This document shows, piece by piece, positions 48,562 to 58,900 of a stretch of 64,000 nt of DNA. The position numbers and the translations under genes were made by a program. Position 1 is the first letter of the stretch. Each line of letters opens with the position of its first letter. The notes under the pieces are model-generated. The model saw only the letters and a program-made list of their open reading frames with translations, made no database searches and was not told the origin of the DNA. The DNA comes from Polyangiaceae bacterium (GTDB lineage Bacteria > Myxococcota_A > Polyangia > Polyangiales > Polyangiaceae), in contig JAPSGB010000020.1 in the NCBI GenBank assembly GCA_035063585.1, forward strand, positions 20,837 to 84,836, written 5' to 3'.

Positions 48562-49597
48562 GCCCGGCGCGCGTGGCGAGCGCGCGCGCGGCGGCGAGGC
48601 CGACGCGCCCACGCTCGAGCCACGGCTCGAGCGTGGGCTCGGCTGCGAGCGCGCGCTCGACCCGCTCGAGCGCCGGCAAGTAGACGAGCTCGCGCGCGAG
48701 ACCGCCGCCGCGGTGCACGCGCGCCGAGAGCGCGAGCGCCGGAGTGAGCGGCGCACCTCGCGCGCGGAGCAGCTCGACCGTCTCCGAGAACGACGCGCCC
48801 TCGCGCACCGAGAGCGCCGCGAGGTGCCGGCGCCCGAGCTCGGCGCGACGCCCCGCGTCGAGGAGCTCGGCCCGCCGCTCGAGGAGCAGCGCGCGACCCT
48901 CTTCGTCGTCCGCGCCGCCGGCCGCGCCGAACCGAAATAGCCCGAGCGGCGCGGAGCGCGCGCGATGACGCGGCTCGGCGTGACCGACGACCTCGTGCAA
49001 CACGATCCGGCGCACCGCTCGCGGCCCGAGTCGAGCCCCTGCGCGGACCAGCACGACGTCGGCTCCGGTGGCGGCGAGGCTCGCCAGCTCGCGGCTCACC
49101 TCCACGCGAAAGGGCAGACGGCGCGCACCGAGCTCACGGCGAAGCTCGCCGACGAGGCTCCCGGGCTCGCGCTCGTCGTCGCTCGCGAGCGCGGGCTCGT
49201 CCGGCTCGGCGAGCTCGCGGCTCCACGCTTGGGCGAGCCGCGAGGTGCGCGCGCCCTCGGCGCCGGGCGGCGCGGGGAAGCGACGGGCCGCGGCGGCAGC
49301 AAACGCGGGCCGACCGATGAGCTCGGCGGCCTCCGCCTCGAGCGCGAGCTCGGCGGCGCGCGCGGCATGGAGCGGATCGACGTCGCTGCTCTCCGCGACC
49401 GCCGCGAGCGCGCGGCGAAGGTCGCCGAGCGCAGGCGGGCGCCGGTAGCGCCAGGCCGGCGCGCGCGGCGCTCCGCGCTCCCACGCTGCGACGAGCGACG
49501 CGAGCGTGGCTGCGTAGTCGAGCGGGCGCGCGCGGTCGACCAGCGCGATCTCGCGGTCGGCACGGTCGAGGAGCGCGTCGACCAGCCGGGGGTTCAC
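48545..49597 (-). CDS. DUF1704 / MATCAP-like metallo-carboxypeptidase domain protein
   Basis: HExxxH motif LHEVVGH, downstream EEGRA (like T/QEGLA), and RVHRGGG...YL near the C-terminus. Confidence 0.7.
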   Translation of the reverse strand: MNPRLVDALLDRADREIALVDRARPLDYAATLASLVAAWERGAPRAPAWRYRRPPALGDLRRALAAVAESSDVDPLHAARAAELALEAEAAELIGRPAFAAAAARRFPAPPGAEGARTSRLAQAWSRELAEPDEPALASDDEREPGSLVGELRRELGARRLPFRVEVSRELASLAATGADVVLVRAGARLGPRAVRRIVLHEVVGHAEPRHRARSAPLGLFRFGAAGGADDEEGRALLLERRAELLDAGRRAELGRRHLAALSVREGASFSETVELLRARGAPLTPALALSARVHRGGGLARELVYLPALERVERALAAEPTLEPWLERGRVGLAAARALATRAGLSSPT

Positions 49598-50916
49598 AGC
49601 TTGTTGGCGGCGATGTTGGCGAGCTCGCTCCGCTCACCCTTGCTGAGCACGAGGTGGCCGACCATCGGCTCGCCCTTCAAGCGATCCGCCGCCACCGAGA
49701 GCCCGTTGGTCGAGCTATCCACGTAGGGGTTGTCGATCTGGAAGGGATCGCCCGTGAGGATGATCTTGGTGCCTTCGCCGCAGCGCGTGATGACCGTCTT
49801 CACCTCGTGGGGGGTGAGGTTCTGCGCCTCGTCGACGATCACGTACTGCTGCGGCAAGCTGCGCCCGCGGATATAGGTGAGCGGCTCCACCTCGAGCTGG
49901 CCGCTGGCGAACAGCTCGTCGAACCCGCCGCGCATGCCGCGGCGCTTGCCGCCCCCGGCCACCAGCAAGAACTCGAGGTTGTCGAAGATCGGCTGCATCC
50001 AGGGGTTCAGCTTCTCTTCCACCGCACCGGGAAGGAAGCCGATGTCGCGGCCGAGCGGCATCACCGGGCGGCTGACGAGGAGCCGCGCGTAAGCGCCGTC
50101 CTCCACCGTGCGCTTCAGCCCGGCAGCGAGCGCGAGGAGCGTCTTGCCGGTGCCCGCCTTGCCAACCAAGGTGACGAGCCGGATCGACTCGTCGAGCAAG
50201 AGATCGAAGGCGAAGCTCTGCTCGCGGTTACGCGGGCGGATCCCCATGATGCCGTCACGCGGAACGCGCAGCGCCCGGATCTCGTCCTTGCCGGCATGGT
50301 AGCGGCCGAGCGCGGTGCGAGCGCGCGGGCTGTCGTCGCGCAGCATCACGCACACGTTCGGCACCAGCCGGAGCTCCGCGGGCCGCTCGAGCGCGCCCGT
50401 CTCCGTGAAGCGGTCGAGCTCCGCGGAAGGGACGGTGACCTCGACGATCCCCGTGTCGAGCCGATCGATGTCGACCGCCTGGTTCTCGTAGGCCTCGGTC
50501 GCGAGCCCCAGGGCGTCCGCGCGGATGCGCAGGTTCACGTCCATGGTGACGAAGATGGTGGGCTTGTCCGGAGAGGCATCCCGGAGGTCGATGGCGGTCT
50601 GCAGGATGGCGTGGTCGCCCGTGTCGGGGTGGAGCGCGATGGCGAGGTGCGGGCGCTTGGCGGGCACGTGCACGCGCAGCGTGCCGCCCTCGCCGATGTT
50701 CACCCCGCGTGAGAGTGAGCCGCCGCGCTCGCGCTCGGCGTCGAGCAGACGCGAGACGGTGCGGGCGTTACGGCCGCGCTCGGTGTTCTCCCGCTTGAAG
50801 GTGTCGATCTCCTCGATGACGTAGATGGGCAGGATGAGATCGTTGTCCTCGAACTTGAAGATGGCGTTCGGGTCGTGCAGGAGGACGTTGGTGTCGATGA
50901 CGTAAGTTTTTCGCAT
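49594..50916 (-). CDS. PIN-PhoH (PhoH2/YlaK-like) protein
   Basis: PIN YVIDTNVLLHDP; PhoH GKAGTGKT, GFLPG...KLNPWMQPIFDNL, YIRGRS, DEAQNLT and GDPFQIDNPY. Confidence 0.93.
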   Translation of the reverse strand: MRKTYVIDTNVLLHDPNAIFKFEDNDLILPIYVIEEIDTFKRENTERGRNARTVSRLLDAERERGGSLSRGVNIGEGGTLRVHVPAKRPHLAIALHPDTGDHAILQTAIDLRDASPDKPTIFVTMDVNLRIRADALGLATEAYENQAVDIDRLDTGIVEVTVPSAELDRFTETGALERPAELRLVPNVCVMLRDDSPRARTALGRYHAGKDEIRALRVPRDGIMGIRPRNREQSFAFDLLLDESIRLVTLVGKAGTGKTLLALAAGLKRTVEDGAYARLLVSRPVMPLGRDIGFLPGAVEEKLNPWMQPIFDNLEFLLVAGGGKRRGMRGGFDELFASGQLEVEPLTYIRGRSLPQQYVIVDEAQNLTPHEVKTVITRCGEGTKIILTGDPFQIDNPYVDSSTNGLSVAADRLKGEPMVGHLVLSKGERSELANIAANKL

Positions 50917-51136
50917 GAGCCCCGCGCTTCACCCTGAGTCGGAGGGCCCGCGATAGCCCCGCGCGCCGGCCCCCGCAAGCAGAGCAGCCTCGCGCCGCGG
51001 TCCGCCGGGGACCTCGCGAGAGCCGCCCCTCCGGGTGCCCAGTCCGAGCCGACGAGTGTCCCCGCGCGGCCTCGCGAAGCGCAGATCACACGAAAATCGG
51101 GCGCTACGGGCGAGCGGGGTTAGAGTTCACCGCGAA

Positions 51137-53482
51137 ATGCCGCGTGGCGTCCGCTCCTTCTGGCTCCCGTTCGCGGCGGTGGCCTACGTGGGGGTCGCGG
51201 CCGCCTCGGAGCGGGGCGGCTGGGCGCCCTGGACGGCGCTCTTCGTCGCGTCGCTCGGGCTCCTGGCGGTGTGGCGCCGAACCGCGGAGCCGCCGCGCGG
51301 CGAAGACCGGGTCGAGACCACGGCGCGGCTCGCGCTCCGCGCCGCGGCGTGGGGAGCGGCGGTGTTCCTCGCGGCCCGCGCCGGCCCGGCCGGGCGTCCA
51401 GCGCTCGACGCCGCCGCCAACCTGGGCGCGGGCGCGACGACGGTCGCGGCGCTGGTCGCGCTCGCGCGGATCGGTGGACCGGGCGGCCTGCTCACCCCGC
51501 CGCCCGCGTCGCGCTCGCTCGACGCGGCGGCGTTCTCCGGCCTGCTCTGGGGGATCGCGGTCGCGCTCCCGGCGGCCTCGGCGCTCAGCCCGAGCGCAGG
51601 CGCGCGCGTAGACCCGCTCGCCATCGACTACGCGACGACCACGGCGGGCGCGGCCGGGCTCTTCGTGATGATGGCGGCGGCGTGGCGGCTCCGTCACCTG
51701 CGGCGGCTCGAGCTCGGCGTGGGCGACCGCGCCGCCGGCGCGCTGGCGCTCGCGATTACGGCGCTCCTGGTCGCGGTGCCCGCTGCGTTGCTCGACGTCG
51801 CGGCCCCCGATCGCATCCTCCCCGCAGCCGGCATCGTCGCGTCGCTCGCGTGCACCTGGGCCGCGACCACCCGCGAGCCGACCACCGTGTCGGCCGCGCT
51901 ACGCGGGATCCTGGCGATCATGATGCTCGGGGCGCCCGTGGTCCTCCTGGGCGGCGTGGTGGCGGTGAAGGCGCCGGCCTACGCCGGGCCCGTCGTGCTC
52001 GCCACGACCTCGCTGTCGGTCGTGGTGGGGCTCATCGCGCGCGCGGTCGCGCGGCCACTCGGACCCGAGCAGTCCCGCTGGCTCGACGCCATCGACGCCG
52101 CCAGTCGCGGCGCGCTCCAACCGGAGCCGGACGCCGCGCTCCGCGCGGCGCTCGGCGCGCTCTCGGAAGCGACCTCGGCGCCCGGCGCGCGCCCCGAGCT
52201 GTGGCGTAGCGATCCCGAGGAGGTGCTGAGCGTCGACGTCGCAGGGTATCTCCACGTCGAGAAGACAGCGGCCCCGGCGCGCGTGTACGAGCTGGCGCTC
52301 GCGGAGCCCGAGCGGACCCTGCGCGCGGAGGCGCTCACGCTGCTCGAGGTGCGGCGCGCGGACGTTCGACCGCTGCTCGCCTGGTTCGACGCGCGGCGAG
52401 CCTTCTCCGCCACCTTGATCGTCGACGACGACGGTCCGCTCGGCTTCATCATGCTGCCGCGAGGCTCGCGCACCGCGCCCATGACGCTCGAAGAGGCTCG
52501 CGCGGTACGCGTGCTCGCGGATCGGATGAGCTCACTCTTCGCGGTCTCCTCGGCGCTGGCGCGCTCCCGAGAGCGCGAGCTCATCGCGACCGCCCGCGCC
52601 GAAGAGATGAACACCGAGCGGCGACGGCTCGAGCACATCATCGAGCTCGGCGCCGGGCGAAACGCCCTCGTCTCCGAGCGGCTCGCGAGCCGCGTCCGTC
52701 AAGCCGCTTACAGCCCCGCGGCGCGCCTCGCGGTCGACCAAGTCGAAGAGCTCGGCAAGAGCCGCGCAATGCTCGGGCTGATCGCGCCGCTCGGCGTCGA
52801 CGCTGCCGGCTGGGCCGCGCTCGCGCACGCGGCCTCCCCGCGCCGAGGGGGACCGCTCGTCATCGTCGAGGGAACCAGCGGCGCGGAGCATGATCTGACC
52901 CGCTGGCAGGATCCCGAATCGTCGCCGCTGGCGCTCGCCGATGGCGGGACGCTGGTCGTGCTGGACGCGGGCGCGCTGCCGCTCGAGGTCCAGGAGCTGA
53001 TCGTGGCGACGCTGGGGCGCGGCGCGGCTGCGCCGTCGCGCTCGACCGTGCCACCCGCCGGGCTCATCGTCTCGTCGCCGGAGCCGCTCGACGCGAGCTC
53101 CGTCTCCACCACGCTCGCGCGCTGCGTGGGCGACGCGCTCGTTCGACTCCCGTCTCTCGCCGAGCGAGGCGACGACCTGTCGGCGCTCGTCCTGGCGGAG
53201 CTCACGCGCGCCTCGGCCGGGCGTGGAGCGCCGCTCGGGCTCGAACCGGCGGCGCTGCGCCAGCTCGTGGAGCACGAGTGGCTCGGCAACGACGCGGAGC
53301 TCCGCGCGGTCATGGTGCGCGCGGCGGCGGTCACCCCGGGGTCTCGCCTGACGCTGGAAGCGCTGAGGGCGAGCGGCTTCGCGCAAGCGGCGCCCGCCGC
53401 GAGCGCGGCGCTCGAGAGCTCGGGCGCGCCGCCGCCCGTCCAGCGGCGACGACCGCGGGCGCCCGGGGTCCGTCGCTACTGA
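51137..53482 (+). CDS. Multi-pass membrane protein with a GAF-like region and a degenerate sigma54-activator AAA+ domain
   Basis: Many TM segments, then LALADGGTLVVLD, LPSLAERGDDL and HEWLGNDAELRAVMVRA echoing bEBP motifs. Walker A, GAFTGA and the HTH are absent. Confidence 0.7.
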   Translation: MPRGVRSFWLPFAAVAYVGVAAASERGGWAPWTALFVASLGLLAVWRRTAEPPRGEDRVETTARLALRAAAWGAAVFLAARAGPAGRPALDAAANLGAGATTVAALVALARIGGPGGLLTPPPASRSLDAAAFSGLLWGIAVALPAASALSPSAGARVDPLAIDYATTTAGAAGLFVMMAAAWRLRHLRRLELGVGDRAAGALALAITALLVAVPAALLDVAAPDRILPAAGIVASLACTWAATTREPTTVSAALRGILAIMMLGAPVVLLGGVVAVKAPAYAGPVVLATTSLSVVVGLIARAVARPLGPEQSRWLDAIDAASRGALQPEPDAALRAALGALSEATSAPGARPELWRSDPEEVLSVDVAGYLHVEKTAAPARVYELALAEPERTLRAEALTLLEVRRADVRPLLAWFDARRAFSATLIVDDDGPLGFIMLPRGSRTAPMTLEEARAVRVLADRMSSLFAVSSALARSRERELIATARAEEMNTERRRLEHIIELGAGRNALVSERLASRVRQAAYSPAARLAVDQVEELGKSRAMLGLIAPLGVDAAGWAALAHAASPRRGGPLVIVEGTSGAEHDLTRWQDPESSPLALADGGTLVVLDAGALPLEVQELIVATLGRGAAAPSRSTVPPAGLIVSSPEPLDASSVSTTLARCVGDALVRLPSLAERGDDLSALVLAELTRASAGRGAPLGLEPAALRQLVEHEWLGNDAELRAVMVRAAAVTPGSRLTLEALRASGFAQAAPAASAALESSGAPPPVQRRRPRAPGVRRY

Positions 53483-54405
53483 CCGAGCGACGGCGCGAGG
53501 GGCGCGACCGCACGCTCCGACTCGGAGGCCTCGCGCCGCGCCGCGACGAGCGCGCCGAGCTCCCCGACGAAGGAGAGCGCGGCGGCGCGCGCGGCGGGCG
53601 CGACCGTCAACGCCTCGGCGGCCGAGCGCAGCGCACCGATGACCGCCTCGGCGCCACCGGCGCCGCGCTCGACGGCGCGGAGCGCGAGGGCCCGCCCCGC
53701 CGGGAGCGAAATCAGCTCGAGCGCCGCCTGGCTCCACGCGAAGCGTGGCTCGGCGCGGGACGCGCTCGCGAGATCACTGAGCGGGGTCGCGGTGAAGAGG
53801 CGAGCGACGGCCGCGCGCCAGCGGGGTGCCCAAGGCGCATCAGCGGGCGCCATCTGCGACAAGGCGACCTGCGTGGACTCGCGACGGACGCGACGCGCCT
53901 TGGGCCACGCGAGCAGCCGCCCTGGCGGCTCAGCGCCTTGAAAATCGCGCTCCCCGACCCACCAGGAGACGTGAGTGTCGATCCGCACGAGCTCACTGAG
54001 CCGGCCGAACGTCGCATGACGCGACAGCGCCTGCCCGAGCGTCTTCGGCGCGCCGGCGCGCGCGAGCACCGCCTCGACCATGGTGACCAGCCGCGCGGGA
54101 CGATCATGAACGAACATCCCGTCGAGGCTCGGGTTGGTGACCTGCAACAAGTCGTTCAGAGCGAAAGCGCAGAGCCACTCGCCCTCGTCGGGCTCGGGGA
54201 GCTCGTCCACCGGTGCGAGGCGGCGCGCGGCGCGGAGCCGAAGCGCAGGCAAGGCGGCGCTCGCGACGACGATGACTCCACCGGCCGTCTCGAGCGCCGC
54301 TCGGTCGCCGATGGGCGCCGTGAGCGTGAGCGCCCCGCCGGTAATGAGCGGCTCGAGCACTCCGCCCGCGACGGCGTCGATCGCTGCCTGGGCGAGCGCG
54401 CTCAT
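53476..54405 (-). CDS. Conserved-looking hypothetical protein
   Basis: 309 aa with Trp-rich motifs ALNDLLQVTNP, RHATFGRL and VSWWVG...PPGRLLAWP; ATGA coupling to the upstream gene. Confidence 0.65.
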   Translation of the reverse strand: MSALAQAAIDAVAGGVLEPLITGGALTLTAPIGDRAALETAGGVIVVASAALPALRLRAARRLAPVDELPEPDEGEWLCAFALNDLLQVTNPSLDGMFVHDRPARLVTMVEAVLARAGAPKTLGQALSRHATFGRLSELVRIDTHVSWWVGERDFQGAEPPGRLLAWPKARRVRRESTQVALSQMAPADAPWAPRWRAAVARLFTATPLSDLASASRAEPRFAWSQAALELISLPAGRALALRAVERGAGGAEAVIGALRSAAEALTVAPAARAAALSFVGELGALVAARREASESERAVAPLAPSLGQ

Positions 54406-55868
54406 GCCCCGGTGCCCGCCAGCGGCCGGAGCCCGAGCTCACCGAGCCACACCGTCGGGATCTCCTGGGCGAGCGGGCTCGCGAACGCTTCGGCGCGGAG
54501 CGGCGCCCAGCGCTCGGCCTCGAGCAGCGCGCTCTCGAGCGGAGCGAACGCGGCCTCGTCGAGCGCGAGCGCGCGCGCGTCGGGCAACAGGTACACGCGC
54601 TTCCCGGACGGAGCGCCGAGCGCCGCGAAGAGGACGTCGGGCCCGACCGCCGGGACCACCCGCAAGCCGACCGGGACATACACGGAGGGATGCACGCGGT
54701 GAAAGAACATCCCGACCGGAAGGAGCTCGATGCCCTGCTCGCGATGGATGAAGATGCCCGGCTCGGTGACCGCGACGCTGATGCTCCCGATGACGTTCGG
54801 TCCGAGGGTGTAGACGAGCCGTCTCAGCATGCCGAGCTCGTGGTTCGGGACCAGCGTGGCGACCGCGCCGGTGGGGACCTCGAGGGTCGGCGCGAGGCGG
54901 AGCTTCACTCGAAGCTCGGAGGCGACCCCCGCCTCGCGACCGATCGGGACGACCCCCTCGGGCGCGAGCGCCGCGCGCCCGAGCGAGCCGACCCGCCCGA
55001 GCGCCGGCACCCGCTCGATCACGAGCGGCGCGCGACCACGGCCGAAGAAGAGGGTGAGCCCGCTCGGCTCGAAGACCGGACAGGAGCGCAGCGTAATCGG
55101 ATGCCGGAAGCCGAGCTCGACGGCCACCCCGGGCGCGTCCGGCCGAAACAGAGTAATGCCGGGCGTGGTCGAGAAGGTCGGCAGCATGCGCGCGGGGAGC
55201 TCCGGCACCGAGAGGATGAAGCGGCGCACCGGCGCGTCGTCGAAGCTCGTCTCGGGCGGAAATTCCACCACGCCTACGCTCGCCTCGACCGACGAGCGTG
55301 CGAGGTACGCGCTGACGATCGGACCCAGCCCCGGTTCGGCGAGGACCCAGAGCGGACCCGGCCCGCTCGCTCGAGCCGGATCGAGCTCGGGCGACAGCCG
55401 GAGGAGCAGCGAGGCGAGCGACACGGTGCGCTCCTCTTCGTAGGCTTGCGTGAAGGTCTGGTGATAGAGCGCGAGCGCGCCATCGGTGGGAACGAGCTCG
55501 GAGGCGTCGTACCCGAAGGGAGCGGCGGCGTCCCGATACTGCACGAAGTGGCGGCTCGTCCCGGTGAAGACGAAGCCTCCCGTGAGCCGCGCGACTCCGG
55601 TCACCCGGTCCATGCGGTCGCTCGAGCCCGCGTCGAAGGAGAGCGTGAGCTCGCGCGTCCCGAGCTTCGATTTCACGACGGCGATACGAAGAGACTGGAC
55701 GATCGCGTCGAGCGGCTGGTCGCCGGAGTAGACCGCGAGGAACGCGATCAGCCGATCGAGCGACGGAAACAGCACGAGCCCTCGCGCGCCGAGCGCCACC
55801 CCCCGCGCGTCGAGCCCGACTCCCGGGACGCGGAGGCGAGTCTGGTGGACCGCGACTCGTTCCAGCAT
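54402..55868 (-). CDS. Conserved-looking hypothetical protein
   Basis: 488 aa with typical codon usage; motifs HQTRLRVPG..LDARG, FTGTSRHFVQYRD...PFGYD and AVELGFRHP. Confidence 0.7.
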   Translation of the reverse strand: MLERVAVHQTRLRVPGVGLDARGVALGARGLVLFPSLDRLIAFLAVYSGDQPLDAIVQSLRIAVVKSKLGTRELTLSFDAGSSDRMDRVTGVARLTGGFVFTGTSRHFVQYRDAAAPFGYDASELVPTDGALALYHQTFTQAYEEERTVSLASLLLRLSPELDPARASGPGPLWVLAEPGLGPIVSAYLARSSVEASVGVVEFPPETSFDDAPVRRFILSVPELPARMLPTFSTTPGITLFRPDAPGVAVELGFRHPITLRSCPVFEPSGLTLFFGRGRAPLVIERVPALGRVGSLGRAALAPEGVVPIGREAGVASELRVKLRLAPTLEVPTGAVATLVPNHELGMLRRLVYTLGPNVIGSISVAVTEPGIFIHREQGIELLPVGMFFHRVHPSVYVPVGLRVVPAVGPDVLFAALGAPSGKRVYLLPDARALALDEAAFAPLESALLEAERWAPLRAEAFASPLAQEIPTVWLGELGLRPLAGTGA

Positions 55869-55999
55869 CGCGACCGGAGGATAGCGCGCCAGGGCCGGCG
55901 CGGGGCGAGATCCGGCCCTCGTCGCTCCGGCCCGCGCCGCTGCGCGTGACGCTTGGCTGCTGTACCTCGGGCGGGCTGGGCGCTAGGCTGGAGGGTGCG

Positions 56000-58900
56000 G
56001 TGAGGTCGGATCCCGAGAGCCAGCGTGGCCGCATGGGCGGGCGCTTCGTCGTCGAGCGGGAGGTCGGCCGCGGCGGCGCGGGGGTGGTCTATAAGGCATG
56101 GGATCTTCTCACCGAGCAGCCGGTAGCGCTCAAGATCCTGGCGGTCGACGCCGGCATCGCGCCCGCTGAAGAGGCGCGGCTCATGCGCGAGGGCGAGCTC
56201 CTCGCAAAGCTCGATTACCCGGGGATCGTCAAGACGGTCGCCTACGGAATGCTGGAGGACTCCGGGCTCCCGTTCCTCGCGATGGAGTGGCTCGACGGGG
56301 AGGACCTGGCGCAGCGACAGCGGCGCGCACCGCTCGACATGCGCCAGGCCGTGCTCCTCGCCATTCGCGTCGCGGAGGCGCTCGGCTTCGCGCACGACGC
56401 CGGCGTCATCCATCGCGACATCAAGCCAGGGAACATCTTCCTCTGTCGAAGCCGGGTGGAGCCGCGTGAGGGCGAGCTCGACGTATTCCCCAAGCTGGTG
56501 GACTTCGGAGTAGCGGCGACCGGTGACATCCGCATCACGCGAAACGGTGACGTGGTGGGCACCCCCGCCTACATGGCGCCCGAGCAGGCGCGCGGCGACG
56601 CGCCCATCGACGTCCGCTCCGACGTCTACGCGCTCGGCGCGACGCTCTTCGAGCTCGTCGCCGGGCGCCCACCGCACGTCGGACCCACCGCCATCGCCAC
56701 CCTCGCACGTCTGGTGACGACCGAGCCGCCCCGACTGCGCGATCTCCGGCGCGACGTGCCGCCCAAGCTGGATGAGCTCGTGCACGAGATGCTCGCCACC
56801 GATCCGGACGCGCGCCCCGAGTCCGCGCGCGAGGTCGTCGAGCTCCTCGAGGAGAGCCTCCGCGACGCCGCGCGGGTGAGCTGGGCGGATCTGGCCGGGG
56901 TCGAGCCTGCCATGTCGTCGCGGCTCGGCTCGAGCGCGACTCGGCTCATCACCAGCATCGTGGCGATCCGCTTCGCGAAGGGCTCGGCGCGCGAGCGCGC
57001 GCTGCAGAACCTCCGCGAGCGCGGGGCCGACGCGGTGCCGCTCGGCCAGGACGCGATCGTCGCCCACCTCGGCGCGCGCCGCGCGGTCGGCACCGAGGCG
57101 ACCACCGCGCTCGATCTCGGCCGCAGGCTCGCGCGAGCCGGAGCGCGGGTCGGCATCGCCAGCGGGCGCGCGCGCTTGAGCCTCGCGAGCGACACCGGCG
57201 AGGTCCAGCCGGTGGGCGAGGTCGTGGACCGCGCCTCGGCCCTGGCGCGCGACGCCGGCGCGGGCGTGGTGCTCGCCGACGCGACCACCAGCGAGCTCGG
57301 GCGCGGGCGCTATGAATTCCGCGCGCGCGACGACGGCTCCGCGGTAGTCGGCGAGCAAATGCGCGGCGCGCGCGGCGAGCGCGGCGGCGGTGCGCCCTTC
57401 GTCGGGCGCGAGCCAGAGCTCGCGCAGGTGCTCTCGGCGTTCGAGCGCTCGCGCCTCGACTCGACCCCGATCCTGGTCACCGTGACCGGCCCGCCCGGCA
57501 TCGGCAAGACACGCCTCCGACGCGAGGTGCTCGCGCGGATCTCCGCCCAGGCGGAGGCGCCCCCGGTCGTCTTGCAGCGCAGCGAAGCGTACGCCCGCGG
57601 GCATGCGCTCGGCGCCGCGGCGGATGTCCTCCGCGCGATCATCGGCCTGCCCAAGGGCTACACCGCCGAAGAGACGGCGAGCGCCATCGTTGCGCGGCTC
57701 GGTCCGACCACCCGCGACGAGCTCACCGCGCAAAATCGCGTCCTGCTCGCGCGTCTGCTCGCCAACGAGCCGCTACCCGAGGGGCTCGATCCGCGCGGCT
57801 CGCGCGACGCGCTGTGGCTGGCCATGACGGACATGGTGCTCCAGGTCGTGGCCGACGAGCCGACCGTGATCATCATGGAAGATCTCCAGTGGGGCGACCC
57901 GGAGAGCATCGGCTGGATCGACCACTTGCTCGGGCGCGCCTCGCACCGGCCGCTGGTGGTGATGGCGATGGTGAGGCCCCTCTTCTGGATAGACAACCCG
58001 AGCCGCTTCGCCGGCCGCGACCACGTCCGGCTCGAGCTCCGGCCGGTCTCGCGCCGCGCGTCCCGCGCCATCGCGCGCTCGCTCCTCGGGGAGGAGGCGC
58101 CCGATGAGCTCGTGGATCGCATCGTCGAGCAGGCCGCCGGACTGCCGCTATTCGCCGAGGAGCTCGCGAGGCTGACCGCGCACGGACGCGACACCGAGCA
58201 CGCGCCGACCATCGAGGCGGTCATCCAGGTGAGCCTCGACGCGCTCGACGACGAGTGTCGCGACGCGATCGGCCGACTGAGCGTGCTCGGCCTCTCGGTG
58301 TGGGACTCCGCGCTCGAAGCGCTCGGGCTGGCTCACGCCGAGAGCGTGATGAAGGCGCTCTCCCAGGCCGAGGTGGTGATGGAGCAGAACAGCTCGCGCT
58401 TCAGCGGCACGCGCGAGTGGCTATTCAAGCACGCGCTGGTGCGCGAGGTCGCTTATAGCTCACTCGGGGACCGCGAACGCACCGAGCTGCACGCGCTCGC
58501 CGCCGGCTGGCTCTCCTCGATGGGCGAAGACGCGGCGACCGTGGCGCGCCACTACGATCTCGGGGGGCGCTTCGATGCGGCCGCCGAGTATTGGACGCGT
58601 GCGGCGCAGCGCGCGCTCGCAACCAACGCTCTCGGCGACGCGCTCACCATGGCCGATCGAGCCCTCGCCTTCGCCGAGGACAAGCCGACCGGGTTCGTGC
58701 GAGCTTGTTATCTCGACGAGGCCTGGAGCCGACTCGACCCGAGGGCGAGCGAGCGCGAGACGGCCATTCGCGCGCTCGAGGAGAACGTGCACGACGAGGC
58801 GTCGGCCGTGCGCGCCCGTGGCTCTCGCGCTCGATACGACGACGCGCGCGGTACCGGCGAAGGGATCGACGAGCGCCTCGCCGAGGTGCGCGACGAGGCG

